From a virus: a stretch of 64,000 nt of DNA. The stretch is from positions 1 through 64,000 of the IMG/VR virus record IMGVR_UViG_3300008267_000022. One strand, 5' to 3'. The notes under the pieces are model-generated. The model made no database searches. It saw only the letters and a program-made list of their open reading frames with translations, and had not been told where the DNA came from. Numbering within the stretch: the first letter of the stretch is position 1; each line of letters starts with the position of its first letter. This document shows positions 1 to 8,972 of the stretch, one piece after another. Position numbers and translations under genes: made by a program.

Positions 1-418
1 CAATAACAATGTCTTGTATTTTTTTTAATAAAGCACACTTTTCAAACTCTTCTACTCCTTCAAAATAATTTATAGTTAATTTCACTGCACATAAAAATTC
101 TTCATCAGAGTATTTTTCTAAGGCACCTTTCCATTCTTTACTTCTAGATTTAAAATCTTTAACCCAATAATAAGCTCTTGAATACATCATAAATTCCCCA
201 GCATCATCCACCCCTTTCATATCTAATTCAGGAGTAGATTTTGAGAAGAATTTTAAAACTTGCTTTTTAAAAATAACCCCATTAAGAATCATTTTTTTAA
301 ACATCCCCAACTTAAAAATAGGAGATTTTTTAAAAGCCTCTAACTCAGCTTTTATTTTTTTATTTTCATCATCTTCTTCAGAAAACCCAAATAAGCTAAA
401 CACACTATCCAAATTCAT
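1..418 (-). CDS. hypothetical protein, truncated by window edge
   Basis: Hand-translated ORF MNLDSVFSLFGFSEEDDENKK... runs off the left end. Confidence 0.65.
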   Translation of the reverse strand, partial: MNLDSVFSLFGFSEEDDENKKIKAELEAFKKSPIFKLGMFKKMILNGVIFKKQVLKFFSKSTPELDMKGVDDAGEFMMYSRAYYWVKDFKSRSKEWKGALEKYSDEEFLCAVKLTINYFEGVEEFEKCALLKKIQDIVI

Positions 419-535
419 CGATCTATATGTATATACTACTTTCTAATTAATTTACCGCATAAAAATGCAGGTTTTACATACGGTACTCGCTAATAAATAT
501 TATAAAAAAAAGACCCAATAAATGGGCCTTTCTTA

Positions 536-775
536 TTAAAATCTTGCTTTAGCACCCGAACCCTTATACCATGGGAGCCCATCTCTACCCCTCAAAGTTT
601 CCTTCCACTTTGCTTCACTTAACTTAATTCCATTAATGTAATATTCCCGCTTTTTCATATTACCTTCAGGAATTACAGCGGGACCTTCCCAGTTATGTAA
701 TTTACCACCAAACGTGTACATTACAGTCCCATCAGTGGTTGTAATTTTTTTACTTTTAAAATCTTTTTCTTCCAT
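536..775 (-). CDS. small phage protein with LHxxxGPA...EYYING repeat-type motif
   Basis: KLHNWEGPAVI...KREYYING. Confidence 0.65.
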   Translation of the reverse strand: MEEKDFKSKKITTTDGTVMYTFGGKLHNWEGPAVIPEGNMKKREYYINGIKLSEAKWKETLRGRDGLPWYKGSGAKARF

Positions 776-781
776 AATTGA

Positions 782-925
782 TTAATCTAAAATATCCACT
801 AACATGTCTCCTAAAAGGCAACCAGCACCAAATGCTAAGCCAAATAGCCCAGTGTAACCAAAGGCTACAAATAAGCTTATCATCAATAAAATTTTGATTT
901 CTTTGTGTTCTACTCTTTCTAACAT
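782..925 (-). CDS. small membrane protein (47 aa, not in ORF track)
   Basis: AAAGGTTATG leader; MLERVEHKEIKILLMISLFVAFGYTGLFGLAFGAGCLLGDMLVDILD. Confidence 0.65.
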   Translation of the reverse strand: MLERVEHKEIKILLMISLFVAFGYTGLFGLAFGAGCLLGDMLVDILD

Positions 926-984
926 AACCTTTATTTTTATATACTTTAAACATACAAAGTAAAAGTTAAGTTCCCAAATATACC

Positions 985-1338
985 TTAATAAGTTAAGCTA
1001 AGAGTAATACCACCTACTCCTCTAAATTTCAGAGTAGAACCCACTACACTAGTGGCAGGAGTAAATACAAATGAATTGGTACCTTTAGGTAAAGAAAACC
1101 CGGCAATATAATTTGATTGGTTATACGAAGCCACGTTGGTTATTGAGGTAAGAGAGCCTGAAGTATTTTTAGGGGTGGTTCCAATGTAATCACGAACGGT
1201 TTCCATTGTGAAGTAAGAAGACCCTGAATTATTTGTTATGGTAAAAGTGTAAGGAGTACCCGAGGTGAGGTTTATTGAGGAGGTACCCTCACCTTGGGCT
1301 CCAAATAATTGCGGGAATGTATAATTTTGAGTAGGCAT
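985..1338 (-). CDS. hypothetical Ser/Thr-rich protein, possibly virion-associated
   Basis: ORF track; composition. Confidence 0.6.
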   Translation of the reverse strand: MPTQNYTFPQLFGAQGEGTSSINLTSGTPYTFTITNNSGSSYFTMETVRDYIGTTPKNTSGSLTSITNVASYNQSNYIAGFSLPKGTNSFVFTPATSVVGSTLKFRGVGGITLSLTY

Positions 1339-1450
1339 TTATTTGATTTTGGTCTGAAAAATTTCAACAAAACTAATTATTCCACAAGCAATTATAGATA
1401 AGTATCCTATTGCAAATAGAAAGGGTATAGATAGTAACCTTTTCAATACT

Positions 1451-1693
1451 TTAGTTTTTTGTATTCCAACTTAAAAAACCATTAAGCCATTTTTTACGTT
1501 TAGTACAATTACATTCTTGTAAACCAAAGAAGCTTTTATAACGCTCTTGGGTAATACCAAATTTGGTAAGTGTAGATTCAACTACATCACCCAAACCGCG
1601 TCTTTGAAGTTCTTCTTTTGGTGTGTTAAAAGTAACTCCTTTACTTTCTAATTCTTGAATTATTTTGTCTAATTCTGGTCTAACGTCACTCAT
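1451..1693 (-). CDS. hypothetical protein with GLGD..CxC..RK motif (start MSDV)
   Basis: ATATTTATA motif and A-rich leader precede ATG at 1693. Confidence 0.65.
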   Translation of the reverse strand: MSDVRPELDKIIQELESKGVTFNTPKEELQRRGLGDVVESTLTKFGITQERYKSFFGLQECNCTKRKKWLNGFLSWNTKN

Positions 1694-1762
1694 AATTTTT
1701 ATTTTTAATTTATTATAAATATGAGCAACCAACGGATTCTTCTTGGGGGGTCCAAAGAATTT

Positions 1763-2023
1763 TTATCCTTTGTGTGGATTGTTTTTTATTGCCGCGTCTA
1801 GTGCATCTTGTACTCTTTGAAGCATTTCTGTCATTTCTTCAATACCGTTAATAGCCCATTGTTTTGTTTTTAAAACAAAAAAGCCACCGTTATCAAAATC
1901 AATTCCTAAACTTGATTTAACTTGTATTTCGATTTTTTCGTAATCATCACTTCTTCCATCTACACAATTTGCATCTTGTGTAAATAAAAATGTAATACTA
2001 TCTAAAGCTGGTTTATCACTCAT
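1763..2023 (-). CDS. hypothetical protein
   Basis: ORF track. Confidence 0.65.
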   Translation of the reverse strand: MSDKPALDSITFLFTQDANCVDGRSDDYEKIEIQVKSSLGIDFDNGGFFVLKTKQWAINGIEEMTEMLQRVQDALDAAIKNNPHKG

Positions 2024-2089
2024 TTTAAATTATATTAAATAATGTTATACCTAATAGAACCCATAGGGTTATTTCAATAATAATGTCTT

Positions 2090-2290
2090 TCATTTTACTG
2101 GTTTGTATGCGTTTAGTCTTGTTTTTTCCCATTCATCACGAGTCATTGGTCTTACCTCTAAAGATAAAATTAACTCGCGTAGTTTATTTTTTTTAATTTG
2201 TTCGTATTTTTCTACCTGAGGTATAACTTCATTTTCAAGAATTTCTTTTGCTTTGCGGTTAAATTCCTCTATATCTATTTTAAAAGGCAT
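2090..2290 (-). CDS. hypothetical protein
   Basis: ORF track; overlapping operon packing. Confidence 0.6.
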   Translation of the reverse strand: MPFKIDIEEFNRKAKEILENEVIPQVEKYEQIKKNKLRELILSLEVRPMTRDEWEKTRLNAYKPVK

Positions 2291-2519
2291 CTTCTTCTGA
2301 TCTAAAGATTAAAAATTCTTCATATCTTTTTTCCATATCTTCCTTATCTCTAAAGACACCACAAGCTAAGTCATCTGCTATTACATAAGCAAAATCTACT
2401 ATCTGATCTATTTCCATTGCTTTGGCTTTCTCAAATTCATTAGCTAACAGTCTCATTCTATCTTTGCCTAATGATATAGTTAGATACTCTTCTAATTGTT
2501 GTACCGCTGTTTGTTTCAT
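2280..2519 (-). CDS. hypothetical protein (MKQTAV...AKAME family-like)
   Basis: ORF track. Confidence 0.65.
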   Translation of the reverse strand: MKQTAVQQLEEYLTISLGKDRMRLLANEFEKAKAMEIDQIVDFAYVIADDLACGVFRDKEDMEKRYEEFLIFRSEEDAF

Positions 2520-2782
2520 TTTATTATCTTTTTTAATACATAAAATCCACCACTTTCAAAGTCATATCCAAATTCAAGATTGTTTTCAATTAAGAAACTC
2601 ATTACCATTTCTTTTTCATCCTCGGTTAATGTGTTACAATCATAAGCTTGTATACTCCGTAAAGAGTCAATTGCATCCCTTTTACCCGCGCGGTATCCTC
2701 GTTCAAATGATTCATTACGCATGTCCTTTAAAACATCATCATGAATAAGTTGGTAAGGAAATATTCTACAGTGTTTTTTCAT
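2516..2782 (-). CDS. hypothetical protein
   Basis: ATGA stop/start overlaps. Confidence 0.6.
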   Translation of the reverse strand: MKKHCRIFPYQLIHDDVLKDMRNESFERGYRAGKRDAIDSLRSIQAYDCNTLTEDEKEMVMSFLIENNLEFGYDFESGGFYVLKKIIK

Positions 2783-3057
2783 TTTACCGGTTTGTAAGTG
2801 GTTTTTATGGTTTTTTTCTCTTCTTCTTCAAAAATATACTTTTTATATCCTTCAATAGTATCGAGTGCATCTTGCTCTGTAGAATGAGATTCATACATTA
2901 ATTGGGCCGACATATAGCCCCAACCAGATTTAATTATATTTTCCCATTCCATAGAGAGAAAATCAAATTTACCTATTCGTAAACGTGGGGTTCCAACTTG
3001 GGGGATATAACGCATGGTACCATTTCGTTTTTCTTCGATTTGTATTCTGAATTCCAT
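2779..3057 (-). CDS. hypothetical protein
   Basis: ORF track. Confidence 0.6.
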   Translation of the reverse strand: MEFRIQIEEKRNGTMRYIPQVGTPRLRIGKFDFLSMEWENIIKSGWGYMSAQLMYESHSTEQDALDTIEGYKKYIFEEEEKKTIKTTYKPVK

Positions 3058-3068
3058 CTTATTCTGAT

Positions 3069-3329
3069 TTAGATGTTATTAAATTCTTCATTAACTAATT
3101 CTATTTCTTCTGTTACTCTCTCAAGTTCTTTAGAAATCATTTCTTTAATAATCTCTCTGTTAAAAAAACTAACCTCATCTTTTCTTGAAAATGGTCCTGG
3201 GTGGGTAAATTTAATTTTTACTTCCAAACCACAAGATTTAAGAGCAGCTTCTAATTTACGTTTTTGTCTTTCCAACCTATCAAGATCTTCTTTAATCTTT
3301 TTAGCTTGCTCAAATTTTTCTATTTCCAT
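3069..3329 (-). CDS. hypothetical coiled-coil protein
   Basis: AAAGTTATG leader; TTTG-type promoter upstream. Confidence 0.65.
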   Translation of the reverse strand: MEIEKFEQAKKIKEDLDRLERQKRKLEAALKSCGLEVKIKFTHPGPFSRKDEVSFFNREIIKEMISKELERVTEEIELVNEEFNNI

Positions 3330-3469
3330 AACTTTTATTTTAATTCTTTAAATATATGTATATACCTTATCGATGCCAAAGATTTTTACAAGAAGAAGAA
3401 TTTGGGATCCGTGGGGTTTTAAAAAGATGGGTAAAATGGAATTTTAGGATTAAATTATGGGTATATATA

Positions 3470-3655
3470 GGGATATACAAGCTCGATGTGAAAGGGTCGT
3501 TTTCGAGCTGTAAAGACGTCTAAACCTCCCTTTTTCGGTCCCCCGCATATATTGACCACTGCGCGCGTGGGGCCCTACCCGGGTATAACTGCCATATATA
3601 TACCGCCGACGTACGGCCCCAACACCCCCCTACCCCTTATAAGGGTAGGTCTCCT
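3470..3655. other. GC-rich non-coding island with palindromes and G-runs
   Basis: GACGTC, GCGCGC, GGGCCC, TACCCGGGTA, CGTACG; minus strand GGGGTAGGGGGGTGTTGGGG. Confidence 0.6.
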
Positions 3656-3861
3656 TCCTCTATGACCTGGTTCTTCCAATTTATAACTCCCGGAAGCGGG
3701 TCTTCAAAATTCTCAAGTGCTTGGATTATATCATACTTTACCTGAGCCATATCTAACACATTCAGGTTCTCTGTCTTGTAACCTAATGCTGTTAACAGGT
3801 CGTGTACTGCAAAGAATTCATCTACTACACTCACTTCTTTTACTCGCTCTAACTTTTTCAT
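3637..3861 (-). CDS. hypothetical early protein
   Basis: Own promoter/leader cassette. Confidence 0.7.
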   Translation of the reverse strand: MKKLERVKEVSVVDEFFAVHDLLTALGYKTENLNVLDMAQVKYDIIQALENFEDPLPGVINWKNQVIEEGDLPL

Positions 3862-3902
3862 ATTATCTTTTTTTAATTATACTTAAATATACGACAAGTC
3901 AG

Positions 3903-4055
3903 CTACACATTTGGTTCCGTTGCTTCAGCTTTAATTAAATACTTATTTATCTCATTCATACACTCTTCAGCTGCTTCAACATCACCTGTTCGTTTGAAAT
4001 AAATGTAATCGTCCATTAACGCATGAACTAAATTTAAAATGTTTTCTTGATTCAT
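3903..4055 (-). CDS. small hypothetical protein (50 aa, not in ORF track)
   Basis: Promoter cassette; MNQENILNLVHALMDDYIYFKRTG... Confidence 0.65.
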   Translation of the reverse strand: MNQENILNLVHALMDDYIYFKRTGDVEAAEECMNEINKYLIKAEATEPNV

Positions 4056-4156
4056 AACTTTATCTTTTTAATTATACAACGAATATACGAAACGTTATTT
4101 TACTTTTTATCGTCTTAAAAATGTACTTAAACTCATATGTCTCTGCTTTAAAATAA

Positions 4157-4184
4157 AAGGGGTACTATATTTCAAGTACCCCTA
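4157..4184 (-). terminator. intrinsic terminator
   Basis: GGGGTACT/AGTACCCC stem then TTTT on minus strand. Confidence 0.65.
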
Positions 4185-4201
4185 TCTTGTTATTTTACTT
4201 A

Positions 4202-4624
4202 TTAACCTGCTACCTCATCTTTAGCTTTAGCTGGGCGTCCTCGCTTAACCACTCCTCCATTCGCTTCAGCCTTAGCTTGTAATTCAGCTAATCTAACTTG
4301 TCTAGCCGATTCTGAACTTACAGGGCGGCCACGTTTCAATTCGCCATTTGCTCGTTTCGCCTCTAACTCATTTAAACGAACTTGTCGAACGGAACTTGTA
4401 TCTACAGGTCGTCCACGTTTAAGCTCTCCATTTGCTCGCTTTGCCTCTAACTCAGCTAAACGTACTTGCCTTGCTGAACTTGTATCTACAGGTCGTCCTC
4501 GCTTACCTGTTGTTTCCGGCTTGCTCATTCCTGCAAGCATTTCTTCTAATACTACGCTTTTCATTGAATGCGCTTTCTCAATTCCTGCTGCTTTTGCTGC
4601 TGCTACTAATTCATTTCTGTTCAT
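4202..4624 (-). CDS. AT-hook (KRGRP) repeat DNA-binding protein
   Basis: Four KRGRP motifs in ~28-aa tandem repeats. Confidence 0.75.
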   Translation of the reverse strand: MNRNELVAAAKAAGIEKAHSMKSVVLEEMLAGMSKPETTGKRGRPVDTSSARQVRLAELEAKRANGELKRGRPVDTSSVRQVRLNELEAKRANGELKRGRPVSSESARQVRLAELQAKAEANGGVVKRGRPAKAKDEVAG

Positions 4625-4677
4625 AACCTTAATTTTTAATTATTACTTATTTTAATTATACCTCAAATATACGAATT

Positions 4678-4830
4678 TTAAAACGAAGCATTGGTCCCAT
4701 ATACAAACGAATTGTATATAATAACTGATACTAATGTTGTTACTACTCCAACTAACAATGCTATTGTCAATTTGTCTTTTCGGGTTAATTTCTCCGTTTT
4801 GTTTACTGTTTGATTTACTGTTTTACTCAT
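4678..4830 (-). CDS. small membrane protein (50 aa)
   Basis: Promoter cassette; hydrophobic LTIALLVGVVTTLVSVII. Confidence 0.6.
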   Translation of the reverse strand: MSKTVNQTVNKTEKLTRKDKLTIALLVGVVTTLVSVIIYNSFVYGTNASF

Positions 4831-4882
4831 AACTTTTATTTTTTTAATTATACACTAAATATACGAACTCAATTTTACTCAC

Positions 4883-5020
4883 TTACTCCCCACTAAAACT
4901 AATAGAACCAAATTGGGCATAATTCATTTCACCCATAATCATAGCTCCCACTATAATAATTAAACCAATTATGGCTGTTGATGCCATCAAACCTAAAATT
5001 AAATTACTTACTAACTTCAT
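4883..5020 (-). CDS. small membrane protein (45 aa)
   Basis: Promoter cassette; MKLVSNLILGLMASTAIIGLIIIVG. Confidence 0.6.
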   Translation of the reverse strand: MKLVSNLILGLMASTAIIGLIIIVGAMIMGEMNYAQFGSISFSGE

Positions 5021-5085
5021 AACTTTGCTTTTTTTAATTATACTTTAAATATACGAATTTGACTTTTAACTAATTTGTCCTGTGC

Positions 5086-5274
5086 TTAATTACTCTGCAT
5101 CATGTAATGGACGATATAACCTAATTCTTCTTGGGTAAATAATGGCTCGCCCTCCCCAATCCATTCTCTCATTTGGAATTGAACTATGGCAGCTATGTCT
5201 TGCCCATTTATACACCCGTTTTCAAGATGCCTCATCGCAATTTGGTATTGCGTCTCAATAATAATTTTATTCAT
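5086..5274 (-). CDS. hypothetical early protein
   Basis: Promoter cassette. Confidence 0.65.
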   Translation of the reverse strand: MNKIIIETQYQIAMRHLENGCINGQDIAAIVQFQMREWIGEGEPLFTQEELGYIVHYMMQSN

Positions 5275-5331
5275 AACCTTTATTTTTAATTATACACTAA
5301 ATATACGAATTGTGTTTTACTGTTTTTATCC

Positions 5332-5410
5332 GACACCGAAAGCCCACTTGCGTGAGCTTCCAATGCCGTATAATTAAAAAAGATAGGGCTGTTTTCCGGC
5401 ACAACCCCAA
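5332..5410 (-). ncRNA. candidate antisense sRNA: hairpin - anti-leader segment - GNRA hairpin
   Basis: GGGTTGT/ACAGCCC stem, then TATCTTTTTTAATTATAC, then 16-bp stem with GCAA loop. Confidence 0.5.
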
Positions 5411-5416
5411 GCCATG

Positions 5417-5686
5417 CTATCCATGTAGTAGAATTTCTTTATATTTCTCTAACACCTCAGCTATTTGCTGTGCATTGCCCTTCACCCCAAAATACCATTT
5501 CACATCTGTAATTTTCCACATTCGGTGTGGCTTAATCCCTTTGCTATATAACTTAACATCACGGATTGAGGTAATCAAATTCCAATAACCAACGGGCATT
5601 GCCCCCCCGTTCACACTAATACTTTTACCCAAATCAGCTTGGAACTTAGTTCCATTAATTGCTTTAACCATTTGTTCTAATTTCAT
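5417..5686 (-). CDS. hypothetical early protein
   Basis: Promoter cassette. Confidence 0.7.
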   Translation of the reverse strand: MKLEQMVKAINGTKFQADLGKSISVNGGAMPVGYWNLITSIRDVKLYSKGIKPHRMWKITDVKWYFGVKGNAQQIAEVLEKYKEILLHG

Positions 5687-5731
5687 AACCTTTATTTTTT
5701 TAATTTATACTTGAAATATACGAATGTGATT

Positions 5732-5956
5732 TTAATTAACTTGTTCCTGCAATTTAGCTAGACACTCTGGGCACCCCACTTCCTCAATACCCTCATAACG
5801 GGCGTGGTTGGAGCTTAATGCTGGTGTTCCACATAAATTACCTGACCCAGGTCCAAATCCTGATTTGTAGGCATGAGCGGTCCCTGACCATACGTTTCCT
5901 TTGTTTCCAAAAATTGAATACTCGGGTCCTAAATCTTTAATGTTTACTTTTTTCAT
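5732..5956 (-). CDS. small putative zinc-binding protein
   Basis: H...LCG...CPEC. Confidence 0.6.
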   Translation of the reverse strand: MKKVNIKDLGPEYSIFGNKGNVWSGTAHAYKSGFGPGSGNLCGTPALSSNHARYEGIEEVGCPECLAKLQEQVN

Positions 5957-6013
5957 AACTGCTTTTTTTAATTATACCTTAAATATACAAAATGTATTTA
6001 TTAATATTTATTC

Positions 6014-6208
6014 CTACTTTAAACTAATAATTAAATCAAATAATAAATCCTCTAAACTATCATCACCCTTCCACCCTCTCTTATACAAATAATATTCTTT
6101 TACATCTGTTAAGGTTTCTAATTTATCAATATCTTCTTTTACTTCTAAAGCAAATTCTTCTCTACTTACTTCACACTCAAATTCAAATACTTTTTTACTT
6201 AATTTCAT
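6014..6208 (-). CDS. hypothetical early protein
   Basis: Promoter cassette. Confidence 0.65.
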   Translation of the reverse strand: MKLSKKVFEFECEVSREEFALEVKEDIDKLETLTDVKEYYLYKRGWKGDDSLEDLLFDLIISLK

Positions 6209-6267
6209 TTTTTTATCTTTTTAATTATACACTAAATATACGAATTGTGTTTTAATTATTTTATTCC

Positions 6268-6411
6268 TTAACAATAATGATAATCAATAAACTTTTTACA
6301 AGTGTCTTTATCATCAAAATCAAATCTATTTCCATTAGCATCATGTATGAACCATCCAATCAATTCATCAAACTTAACTAACATACCTCTATATACAAAC
6401 ATATTATTCAT
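6268..6411 (-). CDS. small hypothetical protein (47 aa)
   Basis: Promoter cassette; hand translation. Confidence 0.55.
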   Translation of the reverse strand: MNNMFVYRGMLVKFDELIGWFIHDANGNRFDFDDKDTCKKFIDYHYC

Positions 6412-6416
6412 AACCT

Positions 6417-6602
6417 TTATTTTTTAATTATTTTAATATACGGTTCGGTTTTTACTTCTTTCATTCCCTTAATTATGGCTTCAATGACTTTTTCTTTTAA
6501 GTCCTCGCCACCTAGTGCCTCACATTTTTGTAAATACAAGGTAATGTCATTAGTGATTGCTTTTAAGCTATCCCACTCTGATTGGATGTTTGATTTTGTC
6601 AT
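6417..6602 (-). CDS. hypothetical early protein
   Basis: Promoter cassette. Confidence 0.6.
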   Translation of the reverse strand: MTKSNIQSEWDSLKAITNDITLYLQKCEALGGEDLKEKVIEAIIKGMKEVKTEPYIKIIKK

Positions 6603-6638
6603 AACTTATCTTTTTTTAATTATACTTAAATATACGAT

Positions 6639-6761
6639 TTAATCTTGATAGCTTTTGTTCCCTTGATGCTTGTCTTTTCGGGTGTATTTTTTCTTATTTT
6701 TATACACGTTTGGCCTTGTCGCCATCCTTATTTCCTGAATTGTTATTTCAATTGTTTTCAT
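6639..6761 (-). CDS. small basic protein (start MKTIEIT)
   Basis: Promoter at ~6770-6810 places the start at 6761; KNKKKYTRKDKH. Confidence 0.6.
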   Translation of the reverse strand: MKTIEITIQEIRMATRPNVYKNKKKYTRKDKHQGNKSYQD

Positions 6762-6854
6762 CTCTTTTTTCTTAAATATACGAAAGTTGTCTTGGTGAAA
6801 GATATCCTGAGCAGTAAAATGGCCTGCACACCTGTGCAAGCTTTGTTTTTAATT

Positions 6855-6980
6855 CCGCTTTGAACATTAATGGTTACCTTTCCTGAGCCAAATTACTAGG
6901 TAGTGGAGGGAAGCATTCGCAATATCGCACCTACGCCGAAGCACCGTTCTGTTTAATCCAGGAACAACGTTATGTTCTAT
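6855..6980 (-). ncRNA. candidate structured ncRNA
   Basis: Nested pairings GAACAT/ATGTTC, CCTGGATTAAA/TTTGGCTCAGG, TAGGT/ACCTA; C(UUCG)G hairpin. Confidence 0.4.
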
Positions 6981-7019
6981 AATACATATGTGAATATACT
7001 AATTTTTCCTTAATTTTCC

Positions 7020-7145
7020 AACCATTTTTCACCACTTTTTCACCCCCCTTTCCCCCGTTCCCCCACGGGGGGACATGTTTGTTCATGCTTTTTGTATATA
7101 CTTTTGAACCAGAATGAAAAGGGGCGGGGCGATGTGAATGGGGGT
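7020..7145. other. second GC-rich G/C-run island
   Basis: cacccccctttcccccgttcccccacggggggac; ggggcggggc. Confidence 0.55.
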
Positions 7146-7667
7146 TAGATAAACCATTTTCTTATACCATCTACTACCAAACACACTTTCCACATACCAT
7201 ATACAATTTTCATTTTGATGATACCCATCATTGACAATTCACATTCCCCACGTTGATTTTCATTCCACACATTAACAATTTCCTTTCTTGTGTTATCTTG
7301 ATGATTTCCACTTATTTGACAATTGCCATTGACAATGCTCATTTGCGTTATTTCCACGTTAATTCTCATTTATTCTACATCTAAATCTTGAGTAACTAAC
7401 AATGCCCATCCTACTAATAACAAAAATACTACCATAACATTTCAATTTAAAATGATATCAAATCAATTGCCATTTCCCCTATTCCTTTTCCATCACGAGT
7501 TATTTCATAATTCGGATCCATTCCGCTTATCATAACATCATTTATCAACTCATTCATTGTGTTGAATTCCTTCTTGTAATAACTACATTTTAAACTATAC
7601 ATAACTTATCTTTTTTTATTATACACTGAATATACGATCTATCTATCTATTATTTATTTCCTCTATA

Positions 7668-7868
7668 TTATTCTTCAAATCTCCATTTCAAAAATGCTCC
7701 CTCTACTCTACCTATTCCTCTATTAACTATTTCATCTATAAAGTAATTCCATCCAGTGCCAGGAATACTATTATAAATTTCAATGCATTTAAGTTTATCC
7801 TGTTTATCAACAGCATTCATTAACAATTCTAATTTGTTATTTACTAGCTTAAATGTTTTTTCTTTCAT
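7668..7868 (-). CDS. hypothetical early protein
   Basis: Promoter cassette. Confidence 0.65.
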   Translation of the reverse strand: MKEKTFKLVNNKLELLMNAVDKQDKLKCIEIYNSIPGTGWNYFIDEIVNRGIGRVEGAFLKWRFEE

Positions 7869-7909
7869 CTCTTTTTTTTCTTAAATATACGATTTATATT
7901 TTATATTTT

Positions 7910-8125
7910 TTATTCCTCAATTATTTTATCTATAAATTCCATTACTTCCTCTACTAGTTCCTCTTCATCAATTGCATTTCCATCTTTGCTTTTCAATGAA
8001 TAATCAATTACTTTTCCATCTGTAGCATCAGCTAGTTCTGTATAGATCAATATTCCTTCTGTTGGGTGTTGAATTGTAAAGCTACGTTCAATAACGGCAT
8101 TTACTGTTTGTTTTAGAATTTCCAT
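7910..8125 (-). CDS. hypothetical early protein
   Basis: Promoter cassette. Confidence 0.7.
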   Translation of the reverse strand: MEILKQTVNAVIERSFTIQHPTEGILIYTELADATDGKVIDYSLKSKDGNAIDEEELVEEVMEFIDKIIEE

Positions 8126-8185
8126 AACTTATCTTTTTAATTTGCTTAAATATACGATTTTAATTTTAATAATTTTATTCCTTAA

Positions 8186-8479
8186 TCAATAAACCCAATT
8201 TTCTAATTTATTCTTTAAATCTTTAGGTGTTTTGAATGAAAACTTTCTACCAACTTTGCCACTACCAATAAATTCCCCGATTAAACCAAATGCCATAATT
8301 GTAGTTGGTTTCATTCCTCTCAATGCCGCTACACGGTTTGGTTTAGTTTCATCCAAATATATATGAAAACTATTACCATTTGTTGCCTTGTATTGTACCA
8401 TTGTAAAATCATTAAATGGATATGAATCTTGAAACCCATTTTTAATTAGTTGTTCTTTGACTTCTTTTAAATTATTCAT
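8186..8479 (-). CDS. hypothetical early protein
   Basis: AAAGGTTATG leader. Confidence 0.7.
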   Translation of the reverse strand: MNNLKEVKEQLIKNGFQDSYPFNDFTMVQYKATNGNSFHIYLDETKPNRVAALRGMKPTTIMAFGLIGEFIGSGKVGRKFSFKTPKDLKNKLENWVY

Positions 8480-8484
8480 AACCT

Positions 8485-8700
8485 TTATTTACTAATTTTC
8501 AACATTGTACCCATTGCTTTAACTGTATAACCATTATCCTTCAAAAAACCGGTTATAACTGTTTTCATTCCTGGAGCAGGAACAATTAAATTAGGTGAAC
8601 ATGACCTAAATTGGTATTGATTTCCTGGTGTTGAATCTGGTAGTGTATTACCATCTACTAGTCCAAATTTGCTTAATAATTCAATTGCTTCTTTTAACAT
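8485..8700 (-). CDS. hypothetical early protein
   Basis: Promoter cassette. Confidence 0.7.
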   Translation of the reverse strand: MLKEAIELLSKFGLVDGNTLPDSTPGNQYQFRSCSPNLIVPAPGMKTVITGFLKDNGYTVKAMGTMLKISK

Positions 8701-8747
8701 AACCTTTATTTTTAATTTGCTTAAATATACGATTTATATTTTTAAAC

Positions 8748-8972
8748 TTATATTCCTCTACTACATTTAATTAAATCAAATATTTCTTTTGCACTTTCAA
8801 CTACGTTGAATCCACCATTGTTGTGTGTTGTTACTCCTACTCTAGTATGTTTTTCCTTTACAACACGCCCATAATTCATTTCGGCTGGTGATTCCCAAAA
8901 ATGTCCTATCATTTCTACATTTACATAGATAGGTTGTTTGTCCTGTAGTGATGTTAATTTAATTATTCTCAT
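8748..8972 (-). CDS. hypothetical protein, FlbD-like pattern
   Basis: IKLT...IYVN..MI...VVES..EI. Confidence 0.55.
   Translation of the reverse strand: MRIIKLTSLQDKQPIYVNVEMIGHFWESPAEMNYGRVVKEKHTRVGVTTHNNGGFNVVESAKEIFDLIKCSRGI

Noticed and set aside
756-953. 65-aa ORF in the track
   Set aside because: A different frame (782-925) has the consensus leader and a membrane-protein sequence
6890-6920. Twister ribozyme suggested by AGTGGAGGG on the plus strand
   Set aside because: The upstream cleavage-site and pseudoknot elements are not present
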